Assembly: GCA_038087875.1 (NCBI GenBank)
Contig: CM075990.1
Span: forward strand, 12,774,001 to 12,838,000
Direction of reading: 5' to 3'
Length of the DNA stretch: 64,000 nt
Source of the DNA: Malacoraja senta
Taxonomy: Eukaryota
Shown here: one piece after another, positions 36,477-48,833 of the stretch
How the letters are laid out: each line of letters begins with the position of its first letter
Numbering within the stretch: the stretch's first letter is position 1
Notes under the pieces: model-generated
Databases searched by the model: none
What the model saw: only the letters and a program-made list of their open reading frames with translations
Told to the model about the DNA's origin: nothing
Translations under genes and position numbers: made by a program

Positions 36477-36765
36477 GGAGTGGCACAGTGGCGCAGCAGT
36501 AGAGTTGCTGCCTTACAGCGCCACAGACCTGGGTTCGATCCAGACTATGGGTGCAGACTCCGTGGAGTTTGCACGTTCTCCCTGTGACCACGTGGGTTTT
36601 CTCCGGGGAACTCCGGTTTCCTCCCACATTCCAAAGACGTGCAGGTTTGTAGGTTAATTGGTTTCTGTAAATTGTCCCTAGGAAAGAGGATGATGGTTGA
36701 TCTGCGCAGACTCGGTGGGCCAAAGGGCATGTTTCCACACTGTATCTCTAAAGTAAACTAAACTA
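36477..36765 (+). mobile_element. tRNA-derived V-SINE (HE1-like)
   Basis: Boxes A and B, V-domain, (TAAAC)n tail. Confidence 0.87.
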
Positions 36766-37026
36766 GGCTTCCAATGGTGGGGTGGCTGTGATGGCAACTG
36801 TCGCACACTCTCAGCTCCACTTCTCAAAGCTAAAGACATCTAATGACGCAAAAGGCCCTTTAATATGGGACAAATCTGATGACATGGGTGCACATTTCCC
36901 TGTTTTGATGCTCTGGCCAATTCACCAATACTGTACATCAATCAGCTTAGATGTCAGCGCCAAAAGCAAGTATGTGAAATAAAGTCCAAAGAGTTTAAAT
37001 GAGATTCGGAGAAACCTTGTACTCAC

Positions 37027-37130
37027 TTAATGATAAAGCAAGGCGCATAGTAAAGTCTCTCCTTCCTTAAAGATTCCAGCAGCACATGGATTTGTTTAGA
37101 AGCTGGACTTTCCAAAATGGGCAGCAAAGT
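37027..37130 (-). CDS. SEC24A/B-like penultimate coding exon (TLLPILESPASKQIHVLLESLRKERLYYAPCFIIK)
   Basis: Hand translation; tttcAG acceptor, AA|GTGAGT donor; 104 nt, phase 2. Confidence 0.88.
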
Positions 37131-38431
37131 CTGAAACACAGCAAAGGTATTGATGTTGACATTTGCTTGGCGTTTCCTCATGTTTGCCTAGACACATGGG
37201 CCTAAATTTCATTGGAAGTAATTCTGTTGCATTGGCAGATGTTTCGCACTCGATGAAAGCTGCAGCACAATCAGCAGAGGGCAACTCCTCAGGAGTTCCA
37301 CACACAGACAATCAGTTCACTGTACTACATAGTCAGAAAACGACATCAGGAAATGAAGTCTGAAGATTTTATTTTCTGCAGCAATGGTATATCAAGAGTC
37401 AAGAGTGTTTTATTGTCAGGTGTCCCGGATGGGGCAATGGAATTCTTACTTGCTGCAGCACAACAGAATATGTGAATATGTAAATCCACTTCGGGGGAAG
37501 AGAAAAAAACACTTCATTAAATAACAAATATAGTGCAATAATAATATAGTCTTTTGCAGTACGATACGATCCAATACAAATGTATTCATCCCCGGAGGGA
37601 TATTGGTCTGCCAACAGTCATAACACACGACAAGGTACATGAAAACTTGAAATTAAAATTAAATTAAAAGTGAGAAAAAAAAAGAAATTAGACCAGCTGG
37701 CTGGCTGCCATATGCGCGGCGCCTTAACCGGAACGAACAAACAAACAAACGAACGCAGGTTTATCCCCTGGGCAGAGGATTCTAAAACTAGTGCCCCCCT
37801 CCCCCACAAGGGGCCCTCCATCGTTCTCCCATCATCCCTCATGGCGGGGCCCCCACGCCAGGGTCCCTGTTGTCCCCATGCTGTATATTTCCACATGTGG
37901 TGGTTGTTGAAGGCAAGACAACCCCAACAATTGAGAAAGATTTTGACAAACATCTAAAGAAAAATATGAAAAGGGCTGAAGAAAATCAAAAAGTGCAGAT
38001 ACTTCAAATTTGAAATGAGGAACAGCAAGTGCAAGAAATCAGATCTTTGTCCTGAAATGTTAACTCTGCTTCTCTTTCCATCAATGCTGCCAGACCAGCA
38101 CACAACTCCAGAATGTTATGTTTCTAGTAATATGTAGAATGGTGCTTATTCGATTTCCTCTTAAATATATTGGCACTGTTCAGTTCAACTGAGTGAGTTA
38201 AATAAAATTCTATCCCAAGATCCCTATCGCTAATCCTGTTTATAATATTGGCCCTTGATTTTAGTTTTCCCTTCAAGGGGAAACAACCACCTGCATCAAC
38301 CTAACAATTCCATTCACAATTTTAAAGTCCTCCGTCAGATTACATCCGTTTTTCCGACATTGAAGAAAAGAGCCCTGTCTGTTCAGTCTTTCCTGAAAGA
38401 TTTTATTTCCCCTGCTGAATGTAGGTTATTA

Positions 38432-39210
38432 GAGTCATAGAGTGATACAGTGTGGAAACAGGCCCTTTGGCCCAACTTGCCCATAATGGCCAATATGTCC
38501 CAGCTACACCAGTCCCACCTACCTGCGCTTGGTCCATATCCCTCCAAACTTGTCCTATCCATGTACCTGAATAACTGTTTCTTAAATGTTGGGATAGTCC
38601 CAGCCTCAACCACCACCTCTGGCAGCTTGTTCCATACACCCACCACGCGCTAGAATTTAGGAGATTGAGAGGGGATCTTATAGAAACGTACAAAATTCTT
38701 ATGGGGTTGGACAGGCTAGATGCAGGAAGATTGTTCCCGATGTTGGGGAAGTCCAGGACAAGGGGTCACAGCTTAAGGATAAGGGGGAAACCCTTTAAGA
38801 CCGAGATGAGGAAAAACTTTTTCACACAGAGAGTGGTGAATCTCTGGAACTCTCTGCCACAGAGGGTAGTTGAGGCCAGTTCATTGGCTATATTTAAGAG
38901 GGAGTTAGATGTGGCCCTTGTGGCTAAGGGGATCAGGGGGTATGGAGAGAAGGCAGGTACGGGATACTGAGTTGGATGATCAGCCATGATCATATTGAAT
39001 GGCTGTGCAGGCTCGAAGGGCCGAATGGCCTACTCCTGCACCTATTTTCTATGTATCTATGTATCTATGTACCCTTTGTGTGAAACAATTACCCCTCAGA
39101 TTCCTATTAAATCTTTTCCCCTTCACCTTGAACCTATGTCCTCTGATCACCGATTCCCCTACTCTGGGCAAGAGATTCTGTGCATCTACCCGATCTATTC
39201 CTCTCATTAT
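38432..39210. mobile_element. Minus-strand CR1 fragment interrupted by a younger plus-strand CR1 fragment (about 38647-39070)
   Basis: The host sequence CATACACCCACCACCCTTTGTGTG is split by a RGDLIETYKIL...-coding insert with a (CTATGTAT)n tail. Confidence 0.88.
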
Positions 39211-39319
39211 TCTTGCAGTTTCTCCCATGTTTTTATTGTCCTTTTTATATAATGAGGCTTGAAGTGTTTAATAACCTGGTCAGAAGTAAAGGGAGTGGCA
39301 ACACAGACACAGGACTTAC

Positions 39320-39412
39320 CACAGTGGCTGGTAGCGAGGTATAACTGGACACGCCCAGTACATCAACGAGGAAATTAGTGTTGCAATGCCTGCCGACCCA
39401 GAGATACAGAGC
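39320..39412 (-). CDS. SEC24A/B-like exon (ALYLWVGRHCNTNFLVDVLGVSSYTSLPATV)
   Basis: WVG..C..NF...VLG motif; cgcAG acceptor, GTG|GTAAGT donor; 93 nt. Confidence 0.95.
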
Positions 39413-39547
39413 CTGCGGAACACAACCCACAATCCTGGTCACACAATTATTGTATGGTCCCAGTAGTCAACAAAACACAATCGCTTTAGAATACACGATA
39501 TATGAGCTATCCAGCAGTGCTCAGCAGCACCTTTCATCCAAAACTGC

Positions 39548-40062
39548 TAGACTCCATCGGTGGAGAGCATACTGACTGGTTGCATCATGGCCTGGTTCAA
39601 TAACTGGAAGGAGGTTGTATAAAGTGGTGGGCACTGCCCAGTCCATCATGAGCATTGACCTCCCCACTATAGAAGAGATCTTCAGGAGTCACTGCCTCAA
39701 GAAGGCAGCTAATATCATCAAAGACCCACACCACACTGGCCACAATCTCATCTCGCTGCTACTATCGGGAAGAAGGTACCGTGACCTCCAGGTTCAAGAA
39801 CAGCTTCTTCCCATCTACGATCAGGTTCATGAACAACACCGCATTGTGCTAACTCAGCAACTAACTACTGTGGACTTTCTAATAGGTTGCACAATGTACT
39901 TCAGCGTGCACTATTATAGCCTGGTTACTTATTTATTTATTGTATTGTTGTTTTATTGTATATTTATTCATTGTGTCTATGCATTAATGAGCCGGTGAAG
40001 CTGCAAATAAACATTTCATAGTTCTATTACTGGAGCGTATGAACATTAAACGCTCTTGACTC
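39548..40062 (+). mobile_element. Decayed Rex1/Babar-type LINE 3' fragment
   Basis: CLKKAANIIKDPHHTGH.LISLL.SGRRYR; 3' end ACGCTCTTGACTC. Confidence 0.75.
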
Positions 40063-40400
40063 AACTCTTCCCTGTCTCAACACTGGGTGGTGTTGGTGTA
40101 TAGGGAATGGAAGCCCTATGTGCTGGCAAGCCCATAACATCAGTGTATTCCTGATTATAAAAAACAGCTATAAAAATGTGTAGTAAGCCAATCATGATTT
40201 CAGTTATTATATTCCTTTAGGTAGATGACAGTGCTTTCTGAACAAGGGGTTTGAAAGAGGTATATGTGGACAACACTTGTGGTGTCATCTCTCAGTCACC
40301 TAGACCCCAACCCTTGCTAATGCAGTACCCAACCCAACTGTCCCCCAGTCACCCCGTCCCCCAACTACTGTTCACCCAGATCCAATCCTGTCACCCAGAT

Positions 40401-40471
40401 CCCAACCATCAGCCGCTCTTGTCCCTGACCCAATCATCAGCCGCTCTTGTCCCTGACCCAATCATCAGCCG
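40401..40471. repeat. 28-bp tandem repeat (about 2.5 copies) inside a C-rich degenerate minisatellite (about 40290-40560)
   Basis: Unit CCCAATCATCAGCCGCTCTTGTCCCTGA. Confidence 0.85.
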
Positions 40472-40622
40472 ATTACTCCGTCCCCAACTGTTGATCACAC
40501 AGACCCAATCCTCAGTCACCCAGACCTCAGAGCTCAGCCACACACTCCCCAAACATCAATCCACCAGAAACCACCTGGTTCCCAAGCTCCCAGGTGCAGA
40601 GAAACCAGACACCAGAGGCTCT

Positions 40623-41145
40623 TTCAGGCCACATTTGGAATATTGTGAGCAATTTTGGGCCCCATATCTGAGGAAGGATGTGCTGGTCTTGGAGAGGGTC
40701 CAGAGGAGGTTTACCAGAATGATCCCAGGAATGAGTGGGTTAACGTATGATGAGCGTTTGTTAGCACTGGACCTATATTTGCTGGAGTTTAGAAGAATAA
40801 GAGGGGACCTCATTGAAATGTAAAAAATAGTGAAAGTCTTGGATAGAGTGGATGTGGAGAGGATGTTTCCACTAGTGGGGAAGTCTAGGACTTGGAGTTA
40901 TTTTAGGAAGGAGATGACGAGGAATTTCTTTCGTCAGAGGGTGGTGAATCTGTGGAGTTCTTTCCCACAGAGGCTGTGGAGGAAAAGTCAGTGGATATAG
41001 TTAAGGCAGAGATAGATAGATTCTTGATTAGTCAGAGGTTATGGGGAGAAGAGGATGGGATCTGGAGGTAGATCAGCCATGAATGAATGGCGGAGTGGAC
41101 TTGATGGACTGAATGGCCTAATTCTACTATCACTTATGATTTTAT
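40623..41145 (+). mobile_element. CR1 LINE 3' fragment
   Basis: RPHLEYCEQFWAPYLRKDVLVLERVQRRFTRMIPG. Confidence 0.85.
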
Positions 41146-41512
41146 GAGACGGTGAATCGAGTGAGAAGTATATACGTGCCCACTAACAACAGGAAAAGGC
41201 AGGTGTGTCTTAAGGTCAAGGTCATGATGTGAAAGAATCTTAATATCTCCAATTCAAACCCATTTGGGACACATCTCAGGACTGGTATTCCGTGTCAGGA
41301 ACATCTTCACCTTTCTAACAGGCAATTGGGCAAGCTTTTCTCTTCTCACGTGCTTGATGCCTGGAGTTGTTTGCTCCATGTTGCCTCCATAAAAACATTG
41401 ACTTTTATAGGTGGCCATGACAGGGAGGTGGCTGGGACTGATAAAGAGGCTACACGTATGTAGGTTCTCTTCCCATGCTCTTGAACTGTTTCCATGTAGC
41501 ATTTACACTTAC

Positions 41513-41620
41513 ATTACCACAGTCCATTAGGAATGCCCCTGCCAGTGTAAGACCTTCTGCAGACAGCGGTATCAAGGCTGGCCTCTTTACTGTCCTGGTG
41601 TCTGTTTCCACAGAATCCTG
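41513..41620 (-). CDS. SEC24A/B-like exon, start of gelsolin-like domain (QDSVETDTRTVKRPALIPLSAEGLTLAGAFLMDCGN)
   Basis: LSAE and GAFLMDCG motifs; NAGNAG acceptor, AAT|GTAAGT donor; 108 nt. Confidence 0.93.
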
Positions 41621-41687
41621 CTGTTAGATAGAAAAAGAACAAAAACAGTTTGATGCCCCGTTCGCTAATCTCACTACCACGAGCAAT

Positions 41688-42055
41688 CTCTCGCTCTCAG
41701 TCTGTCTCCCTCAGTGTCTGTCTGTCTGTCTCTCTCTCGCTCCCTCACTCACTCTCTCTCTCTCTTTCTCTCTGTTTCTCTCTCGCTCTTTGTCTCTCCC
41801 TCTCTCTCTCTTGCTCTCTATCTCTCTCTTGCACTCTGGCTCTCTCTCTCTGTCTCTCTTTCTCTGCTTCTCTCTCTCTCTGCCTCTCTCTGTATGAGTC
41901 TGTCTCTCTGTCTGTCTCTCTCGCTCTCTGTCTCTGTCTTTGTCTCTCTGTCTCTCTGTCTCTGAGTCTGTTTGTCTGTCACTCACTCTCTCTCTGTCTC
42001 TCTCTCTCTTTGTCTCTCTCTGTCTCTCTCTTTGTCTCTCTCTTTGTCTCTCTCT
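41688..42055. repeat. Complex (CT)n/(CTGT)n microsatellite
   Basis: Direct inspection. Confidence 0.95.
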
Positions 42056-42113
42056 GAGTATCCATGGCTTGATTGAAGCAAGAGCCCATTTACAGTGTAA
42101 CCACAACACTCAC

Positions 42114-42266
42114 ATTGTCTACAGTCTCGCCATTGAGGTAATCATCGATGCGATACAGATCTGGGTAAACCATCTGCAACACAAAAGTCAGTGGCTGCTC
42201 CATCAACTGAGACATCCTGAAGACCCGTTCATCCAGAGTCATTGTAAGACCCGTGTGGAAGGCAGG
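42114..42266 (-). CDS. SEC24A/B-like exon (PAFHTGLTMTLDERVFRMSQLMEQPL...YPDLYRIDDYLNGETVDN)
   Basis: LDER and P.LYRID motifs; tccAG acceptor, AAT|GTGAGT donor; 153 nt. Confidence 0.94.
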
Positions 42267-43684
42267 CTGGAGGGCAAAACGTAATGCATTTTAAAAACAA
42301 ATAAGAGAAAGGTTTACATGAAGACTTGGAATATTATCTACTTCATGCCCAATGCTATATCTTAAATAAATCCCTTAGCGTCCTCGATGACAGAGAGGAA
42401 TGTCCACCAGCACCCTCCCTAAAGAAAGACACAAAATGCTGGAGTAACTCAGCAGGACAGGCAGCATCTCTGGAGAGAGGGAATGGGTGGCGTTCAAGGT
42501 CGAGACCCTTCTTCAGTCTATCTTCAGTTTAAACCAGCATCTGCAGTTCCTTCCTGCACCACCCTCCCTGATATTGTGGCAGATGGCGTGACTTCAATTT
42601 AGGAACACAACCTAGCATTTTTGATAGGGCGACGTTAAATTAAAAGTTTAAATTTAAATTGTGTGGTCCAAACTCAAACCAAAATGATTTGATTGCTACA
42701 ACCAAACATATATTGCCAAATGTCATTAGATTCAAGAATATGTTTCTCAGAGATTTTGCACAGTAAATGCTGATTAAATCCTTTACAAAAGGGTGACACA
42801 GTGGTGCAGTTGGGAAATACAGTGGTGTAGCGGTAGAGCCTCTAACGTGCGTCAGTGACCTGGGATCAATCTTGATTTTGGGTGCTGTCTGTGTGGAGTT
42901 TGCATGTTCTCCCTGTACCCACGTGGGTTTCCTCCCACAGCCCAAAGGCGTGTGGGTTTGTAGGTTAATTGGCCTCTGGAAATTGGCCACCCAGTGTTGA
43001 GACAGGGAAGAGTTGAGTCAAGAGCCTTTAATCTGTAGGGAGTTGATGTAAAACTGGGATAATATCGAACTAATGTGAATGAGTAGGAATAAAGAACTGC
43101 AGTAGCTGGTTTACTGAAAAATATACAAAATGTGCTGGAGTAACTCAGTTATTCCAACACATTGTGTCTTTTTCAATGGGTGATCAGTGGTTAGTGTGGA
43201 CTTGGTGGATGTAAGTGCCTGTTTCCATGTTGTATGGAAATTCTGAACTAAATATCGAGCTGGGACAGGGCTGGAGATCTGGGAATATTCTCGGCTCAGA
43301 GTGTTGAATTATCTGCAAGACGTACATGCGGAATTCATCAGGTCAGAGTTGAAAAGCGACACTGATGCACTAAAGACGGAGGAATGCTCAGATCTCACAC
43401 AGATCTGGTTTGTTATCTGATATTGAAAGCATATCTCAGTGCGCTCTTATCAGTTGGTTTAAAGTATCTGGTTCTTGCGTGAAAGAACTGCCAGAGCCTG
43501 CCCTTGACCATCGTCCTGGATGGCCTGTTTATCAACCCTAATCATGTCAAAATCTAAAGAAAATTTGCTTTAAGTCCGGGGATAGACTCTGTTTCAGAAT
43601 TTCCACATAAACAGGGTGGAGATTTGTTAAAAATGGTAACATCACATAGTATGGTAACAGACTGCTATTTATTTTCTCACTGTA

Positions 43685-43998
43685 GGGGGCGGCACAGTGG
43701 CGCCGCGGTAGAGTTGCTGCCTTACAGCGCCAGATACCTGGGTTCAATCCCGACTACGGGTGCTGTCTGTGCAGAGATTGTTCATTATCCCCGTGACCGT
43801 GTGAGTTTTCTCCAGGTGTTCCGGTTTCCTCCCACACTCCAAAGACGTACAGGTTTGTAGGTTAATTGGCTTTGGTGAAAAAAAAATTGTAAATTGTCCC
43901 TGATGTGTAGGATAGTGCCAGTGTGTGGGGTGATCGCAGGTCGACACGGTCTTGGTGGGCCGACCGGCATGTTTCCACGCTATATCTCTGACTTCTAA
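43685..43998 (+). mobile_element. tRNA-derived V-SINE (HE1-like)
   Basis: Boxes A and B, V-domain, CR1-like tail. Confidence 0.87.
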
Positions 43999-44551
43999 AG
44001 TTCAAGGATCAGAGGGCACTATCTACAATAACAAGGATTGTGGAAGGAGCAGACATTGTGGGACTCATTACTTGACCATTTCACCCTCTAATTTCAAACA
44101 ATCCCTTCGTGTCCTCCATGTCAGAGAGGAATGTGTACCACTACCCTCCCTGGTATTGTGAGAGGTGTCATTACTTCAATTTAGAAACACAGCCTAGCGT
44201 TTATGATAGGGCAACGTTGAATTAAATGTTAAAATAAAATATTTGTCAAACAAACTCAAACCAAAATTATTGCTACAACCAAACAATATTGCCAAATGTC
44301 ACTAGATTCTAGTGTATGTTTCTCAGAGATTTTGCACAGTAAATGCTCAATAAATCCTTTGCAAAAGGGCAACACCGTGGCACAATTGGGCAATTTTAGT
44401 GGTGTAGTGGTAGAGCCACCACCTTACAGCGTCAGAGACCCAGGTTCAATCCTGATTTTGGGTGCTGCATGTGCGGAGTTTGCATGTTCTTGTGGCAAGT
44501 TGTTATCTAATTTAATGCTGAACAGTCTTCTCCGTATTCTGTGGCTCTCAC

Positions 44552-44727
44552 CTGCTTCAGGAGGGCCAGGACGTAGAGTGGAAGCTGCAGCAGTGTGTTG
44601 GGGATGGGGAGTGTGGCGTGCTGGGGGCTGCGTGCTGACGTGCGATAAGCAACAAGAACATCAGTCAGCATCTTGATCAGCTCATCTCGGCTGCTAGAGA
44701 GCGACTGCCTCACTGAGCGATCCACTG
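44552..44727 (-). CDS. SEC24A/B-like exon, helical domain (AVDRSVRQSLSSSRDELIKM...LPLYVLALLKQ)
   Basis: AVDRS and PLYVLALLKQ motifs; CAG|GTGAG donor; 176 nt. Confidence 0.95.
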
Positions 44728-45742
44728 CTGCAGGAAAACACAGAGAGAGATCTTGTAAAGACGGGGAGACACAAAACAATTTTACTAACCCACAGATTGC
44801 TGGTAATCTCCCTGGAAAATGCCTTCTTTAAGGTTTTCAACCAATAATAAAAAGTTTAATACTTAAAATATATCTCTTTACATATCAGTTACAGGTTAGT
44901 AATATTAACCTTGAACCAAAAGTAATATTAACCACTGTGGTGGATGTTCATGTTAAAATGTATTTTGTGTGTTCTGTTGCTTTTTATTGGTATGGCTGAA
45001 TGGCAAATGAAATTCCTCATATGTTGCAAAACATACTTGGCTAATAAAGTATGATTATGATTATGAAATATTTTTGCCTCTACTCAGCTATCTGTACAAT
45101 ATCTCCTCATATACCCTGTGGGAATTTTGTACTTCAGGCTACCTCACAGGGCCAGGGACCCGGGCACGATCCTGACCTCGGGTGCTGTGGTAGTTCAAAC
45201 GCATGGGAACACAAAAAACTGCAGAGTATGGTGGACTCACAGTCCCTCACAATCACGGTCACAATTGACAGCATCTGTATGAGGCGCTGCCTGAAGAAGG
45301 TGGCATCTGTCATCAAGGAACCTCACTATCTGGCCAATGCCCTCTGCTTACTGCTATCAACATGCAGGATATACAGAAGTCCAAGTCCAAAGCCACCAAA
45401 TTCAGGGACAGCTACTTACCTACAACCATCAGTTTCTTGAACTACCTGTACAACCCTAATAACATCTTAACAATGGAGTACTGCCGACCACCTTTTGCAC
45501 TACCATGACTAGTTTTCTAATTGTGCTTTTGCACTGCTGCGTTGTTTCAGCACTCTTTTTCTTTTAATTGTACAATTTATTTATAAGCATGGTTCATGTC
45601 AGTGTGTTATCTGCATATACGTGCCTGTGCTGACGCTGCTATAAGCCAGATTATCATTGTACCTGCACCTCATCATATGTGTAGGAAGGAGCTGCAGATG
45701 CAAGTTTAAACCGAAGATAGACACAAAATGCTGGAGAGCCTG

Positions 45743-46470
45743 AATAGACAATAGACAATAGGTTCAGGAGCAAGCCATTTAGCCCTTCGAGCCAGCTGAT
45801 CATCCCCAATCAGTACCCCGTTTCTGCCTTCTCCCCATATCCTCTGACTCCGCTATTTTTAAGAGCCCTATCTAGCTCTTTCTTGAAAGCTTCCAGAGAA
45901 CCTGCCTCCACTGCCCTCTGAGGCAGAGAATTCCAGACTCACCACTCTCTGTGAGAAAAAGTGTTTCCTCGTCTCCGTTCTAAATGGCTTACTCCTTATT
46001 CTTAAACTGTGGCCCCTGGTTCTGGACTCCCCCAACATCGGGAACATGTTTCCTGCCTCTAGCGTGTCCAAGCCCTTAACAATCTTATATGTTTCAATGA
46101 GATATTCTCTCATCCTTCTAAACTCCAGAGTGTACAAGCCCAGCTGCTCCATTCTCTCAGCATATGACAGTCCCGCCATCCCGGGAATTAACCTTGTAAA
46201 CCTACGCTGCACTCCCTCAATAGCAAGAATGACCTTCCTCAAATTAGGGGACCAAAACTGCACACAATACTCCAGGTGTGGTCTCACTAGGGGTCTGTAC
46301 AACTGTAGAAGGATCTCTTTGCTCCTATATTCGATTCCTATATTCGATTATATTCGATGAATGCAGGAACGGGGTACTGATTTTGGATGATCAGCCATGA
46401 TCATGTTGAATGGCGGTGCTGGCTCGAAGGGCCGAATGGCCTACTCCTGCACCTACTTTCTATGTATCTA
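45743..46470. mobile_element. CR1 3' fragment (minus, 45743-46335) abutting a short plus-strand CR1 tail (46362-46470)
   Basis: LVRPHLEYCVQFWSPNLRK; outward-facing (CTATTGT)n and CTATGTAT tails. Confidence 0.85.
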
Positions 46471-46524
46471 TTCAAGAATTATTGTTTAACCCTCTAATGC
46501 CGAATAGTTAATTCATGGTCTTAC

Positions 46525-46635
46525 CCATCTTAGAAAGAAAGCCCACAATAACGCTGACATTGGCTCCTGCATAAACGTCAGCTGGGGAGCTAACAACCGG
46601 GAGGCAGTAGGTGTAGATGCGAACTCGCCTTTCAC
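46525..46635 (-). CDS. SEC24A/B-like exon (GERRVRIYTYCLPVVSSPADVYAGANVSVIVGFLSKM)
   Basis: GERR.R and CLPVV motifs; ttttAG acceptor, G|GTAAG donor; 111 nt. Confidence 0.95.
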
Positions 46636-47202
46636 CTAAAAAACAAGAACAGTCTCAGGCAGTTTCATCACTATCATGTTCAAGCCAACTTGGCCAAAGC
46701 TTGTAGTTGGGGGATTTGGAAATGTGCAGAACGACGGGTTGTTCTATCAAGAGCTGCGATGGTTAAGATGAGATTTCATAGATGTGCTCCAAAGTAATTA
46801 AATACAAGTTATTAAATAAATCTGGGTTCTAAAGAAAAGATAATTCCAGTAATGACAATGAAATCTCCAGTTTGTTATAAACATCCATCAGGTTCATTAA
46901 TCTCCTACAGGTAGGAAAATCTACCATCCTTGACCTGTTTTGACCTACATAAGACTCCAGACCTGCCCAATATCATTGACACAATATAATTGAGCTGCCT
47001 CCTTCAACTGGAAACAAATGGCAGCATTGCCAGCAGCATCTAAATCCCATGATCAAATAAATAACTAATGACTTCAGCTAGCAGAGGAAGTCTGATAACC
47101 TTGGCATAACCTTTCCCATTTTACTGCCCGGCTAGAGTTCTTGAGTTGGAAGGAATTGAAATGTCGGTTTACACCAAAGTTAGACACAAAATGCTGGAGG
47201 AA

Positions 47203-47495
47203 CTCAGCGGTAGAGTTGATGCCTTTCAGCTCCAGAGACCCAAGTTCAATCCTGGCCACGGGTGATGTCTGTGTGGAGTTTGTACGTCCCCCCCGTGACC
47301 TACGTGGGTTTTCCCTGGGAGCTCCGGTTTCCTCCCACAGTCCAAAGACGTACAGGCTTGTAGGTTAATTGGCTTGGTAAATGTAAAATGTCCCGATTAT
47401 GTTTCGGATAGCGTTAATGTGTGGGGATCACTGGCTGGCACGGACTCGGTGGGCCGAAGGTCCTGTTTCCGCGCTGTATCCCTAAACTAAACTAA
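47203..47495 (+). mobile_element. tRNA-derived V-SINE (HE1-like)
   Basis: V-domain and (TAAAC)n tail. Confidence 0.85.
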
Positions 47496-47786
47496 AAGGT
47501 TGTAAACTTGTTCATGAAAACCAACACGCGGAGGTCCAGGGGATGACTGGAGGAAGGTTTTGAGTAGTCACTGTGCACTGGGCAACTCATTTTGGCACTA
47601 GTTGGGGACTGAATTCCCACTTGGCTGGTTTGCAAGGACTTGGATAAAGGACAGAGAAGGATCCTGGACTGAAATGTCACCTATCCACGTCTTCTAGAGA
47701 GGCTGCCCGTACCACTGAGTTACCCCAGCACTTCTTGTTTTTTTATGGATAAAGTTTGCGGAAACGTTGAGCGAATTACGTTCTAC

Positions 47787-47960
47787 CTTGGCAGGAAGTG
47801 TAGAGTAGAGAGCACTGAAAGATCACATGCGAACTCTCAGCTATAGCGCCATCTATCAGCATTTGAAAGGCAAACTCTGCCTGAGGATAGACACAGGGCA
47901 CAGTTAGCATCTGCATTGATTGCAGGAAAGAATTTCCATAGAAAGTGTCCACAATGAGAC
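47787..47960 (-). CDS. SEC24A/B-like exon, beta-sandwich domain (GLIVDTFYGNSF...FQCSLLYTSCQ)
   Basis: TF.GN and FQ..LLYTS motifs; tttAG acceptor, G|GTAGA donor; 174 nt. Confidence 0.94.
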
Positions 47961-48674
47961 CTAAAGAGAGAGAATTAAAATGATAATTACCCCCACAACA
48001 ACAACGTATCATAGACCAGCATTAATATTTCAACACCTTCCAAGGTGGCTCAGAGGATGTCTCAGAGTATCATTATCAAATGAAAGTTGGCACCTAGTCA
48101 CTTGGGGAGCGAACAAGGCAGTTAGTTGTCCTTTGACTTAGTCTATGTGGTTGAAGGAGCAGGTTAATGGAAGACTGAGAGGTGGAGACAGGAACAAGAG
48201 TAGTGAGAGAATTACAGAGCTTTTGAGTCTTGGCATTGAAGGCAGAGCTGACAAAGGGAATAATCACAAAGTCAGAATTGGAGGTTTACAGGGACCTGGT
48301 AGGATTGTAGGGGTGATCCTACCAAAAGTGCAGCATTGCTTAACTGGGAATTAATGTATTCATCAAACTCAGAGGCTGCAGTTGAGCTTTAGATCGTATT
48401 CAGAGAGCCATATTGCTTGGAAACACTTCCACATCAACAACAGGCTATCCATCCTTATTAATCTGTATAAATTACTTGCTGTAAAATAACCAGATCAAAC
48501 ACATGTATTTCATAAATCCATGTTCGAAGAGCAGAAGAAGGCCATTCGGCCATCAAGTATTCACGGCCATTTCATCATGGCTGATCTATCATTCCCTCTC
48601 AAGCCCATTCTCCTGCCTTCTCCCCACAACACATAACCATATTTGATATGGTTTTTGGTAAGCCCAGGGCTCAC

Positions 48675-48833
48675 CTTGTGTACATCGAATCCTCAGCATC
48701 CCCTCGTGGCCGAAGGAACGGGTCAGGTAGCTCTGGAATTCTTGGTGGAGTTTTTCCACCAGGGCAGAACTGTGGATGTGGTGGAATGCTGGGTAATAAT
48801 ACATAGAGCCACACGTGTACCTGGAAAGACAAG
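48675..48833 (-). CDS. SEC24A/B-like exon (ACLSRYTCGSMYYYPAFHH...YLTRSFGHEGMLRIRCTQ)
   Basis: Contains the B-site RIR motif; tacAG acceptor, G|GTGAG donor; 159 nt. Confidence 0.96.

Noticed and set aside
36477..36550. tRNA genes at SINE heads (also near 43685, 50636 and 61527)
   Set aside because: Boxes A and B run straight into the V-SINE body; these are SINE promoters, not tRNAs.
37096..37362. Alternative SEC24-like exon (TSFPDVVF*) and the overlapping 71-aa ORF
   Set aside because: No SEC24 similarity; the true exon is 37027-37130 in another frame.
41650..42284. SL-rich and RE-rich ORFs
   Set aside because: Translations of the (CT)n microsatellite.
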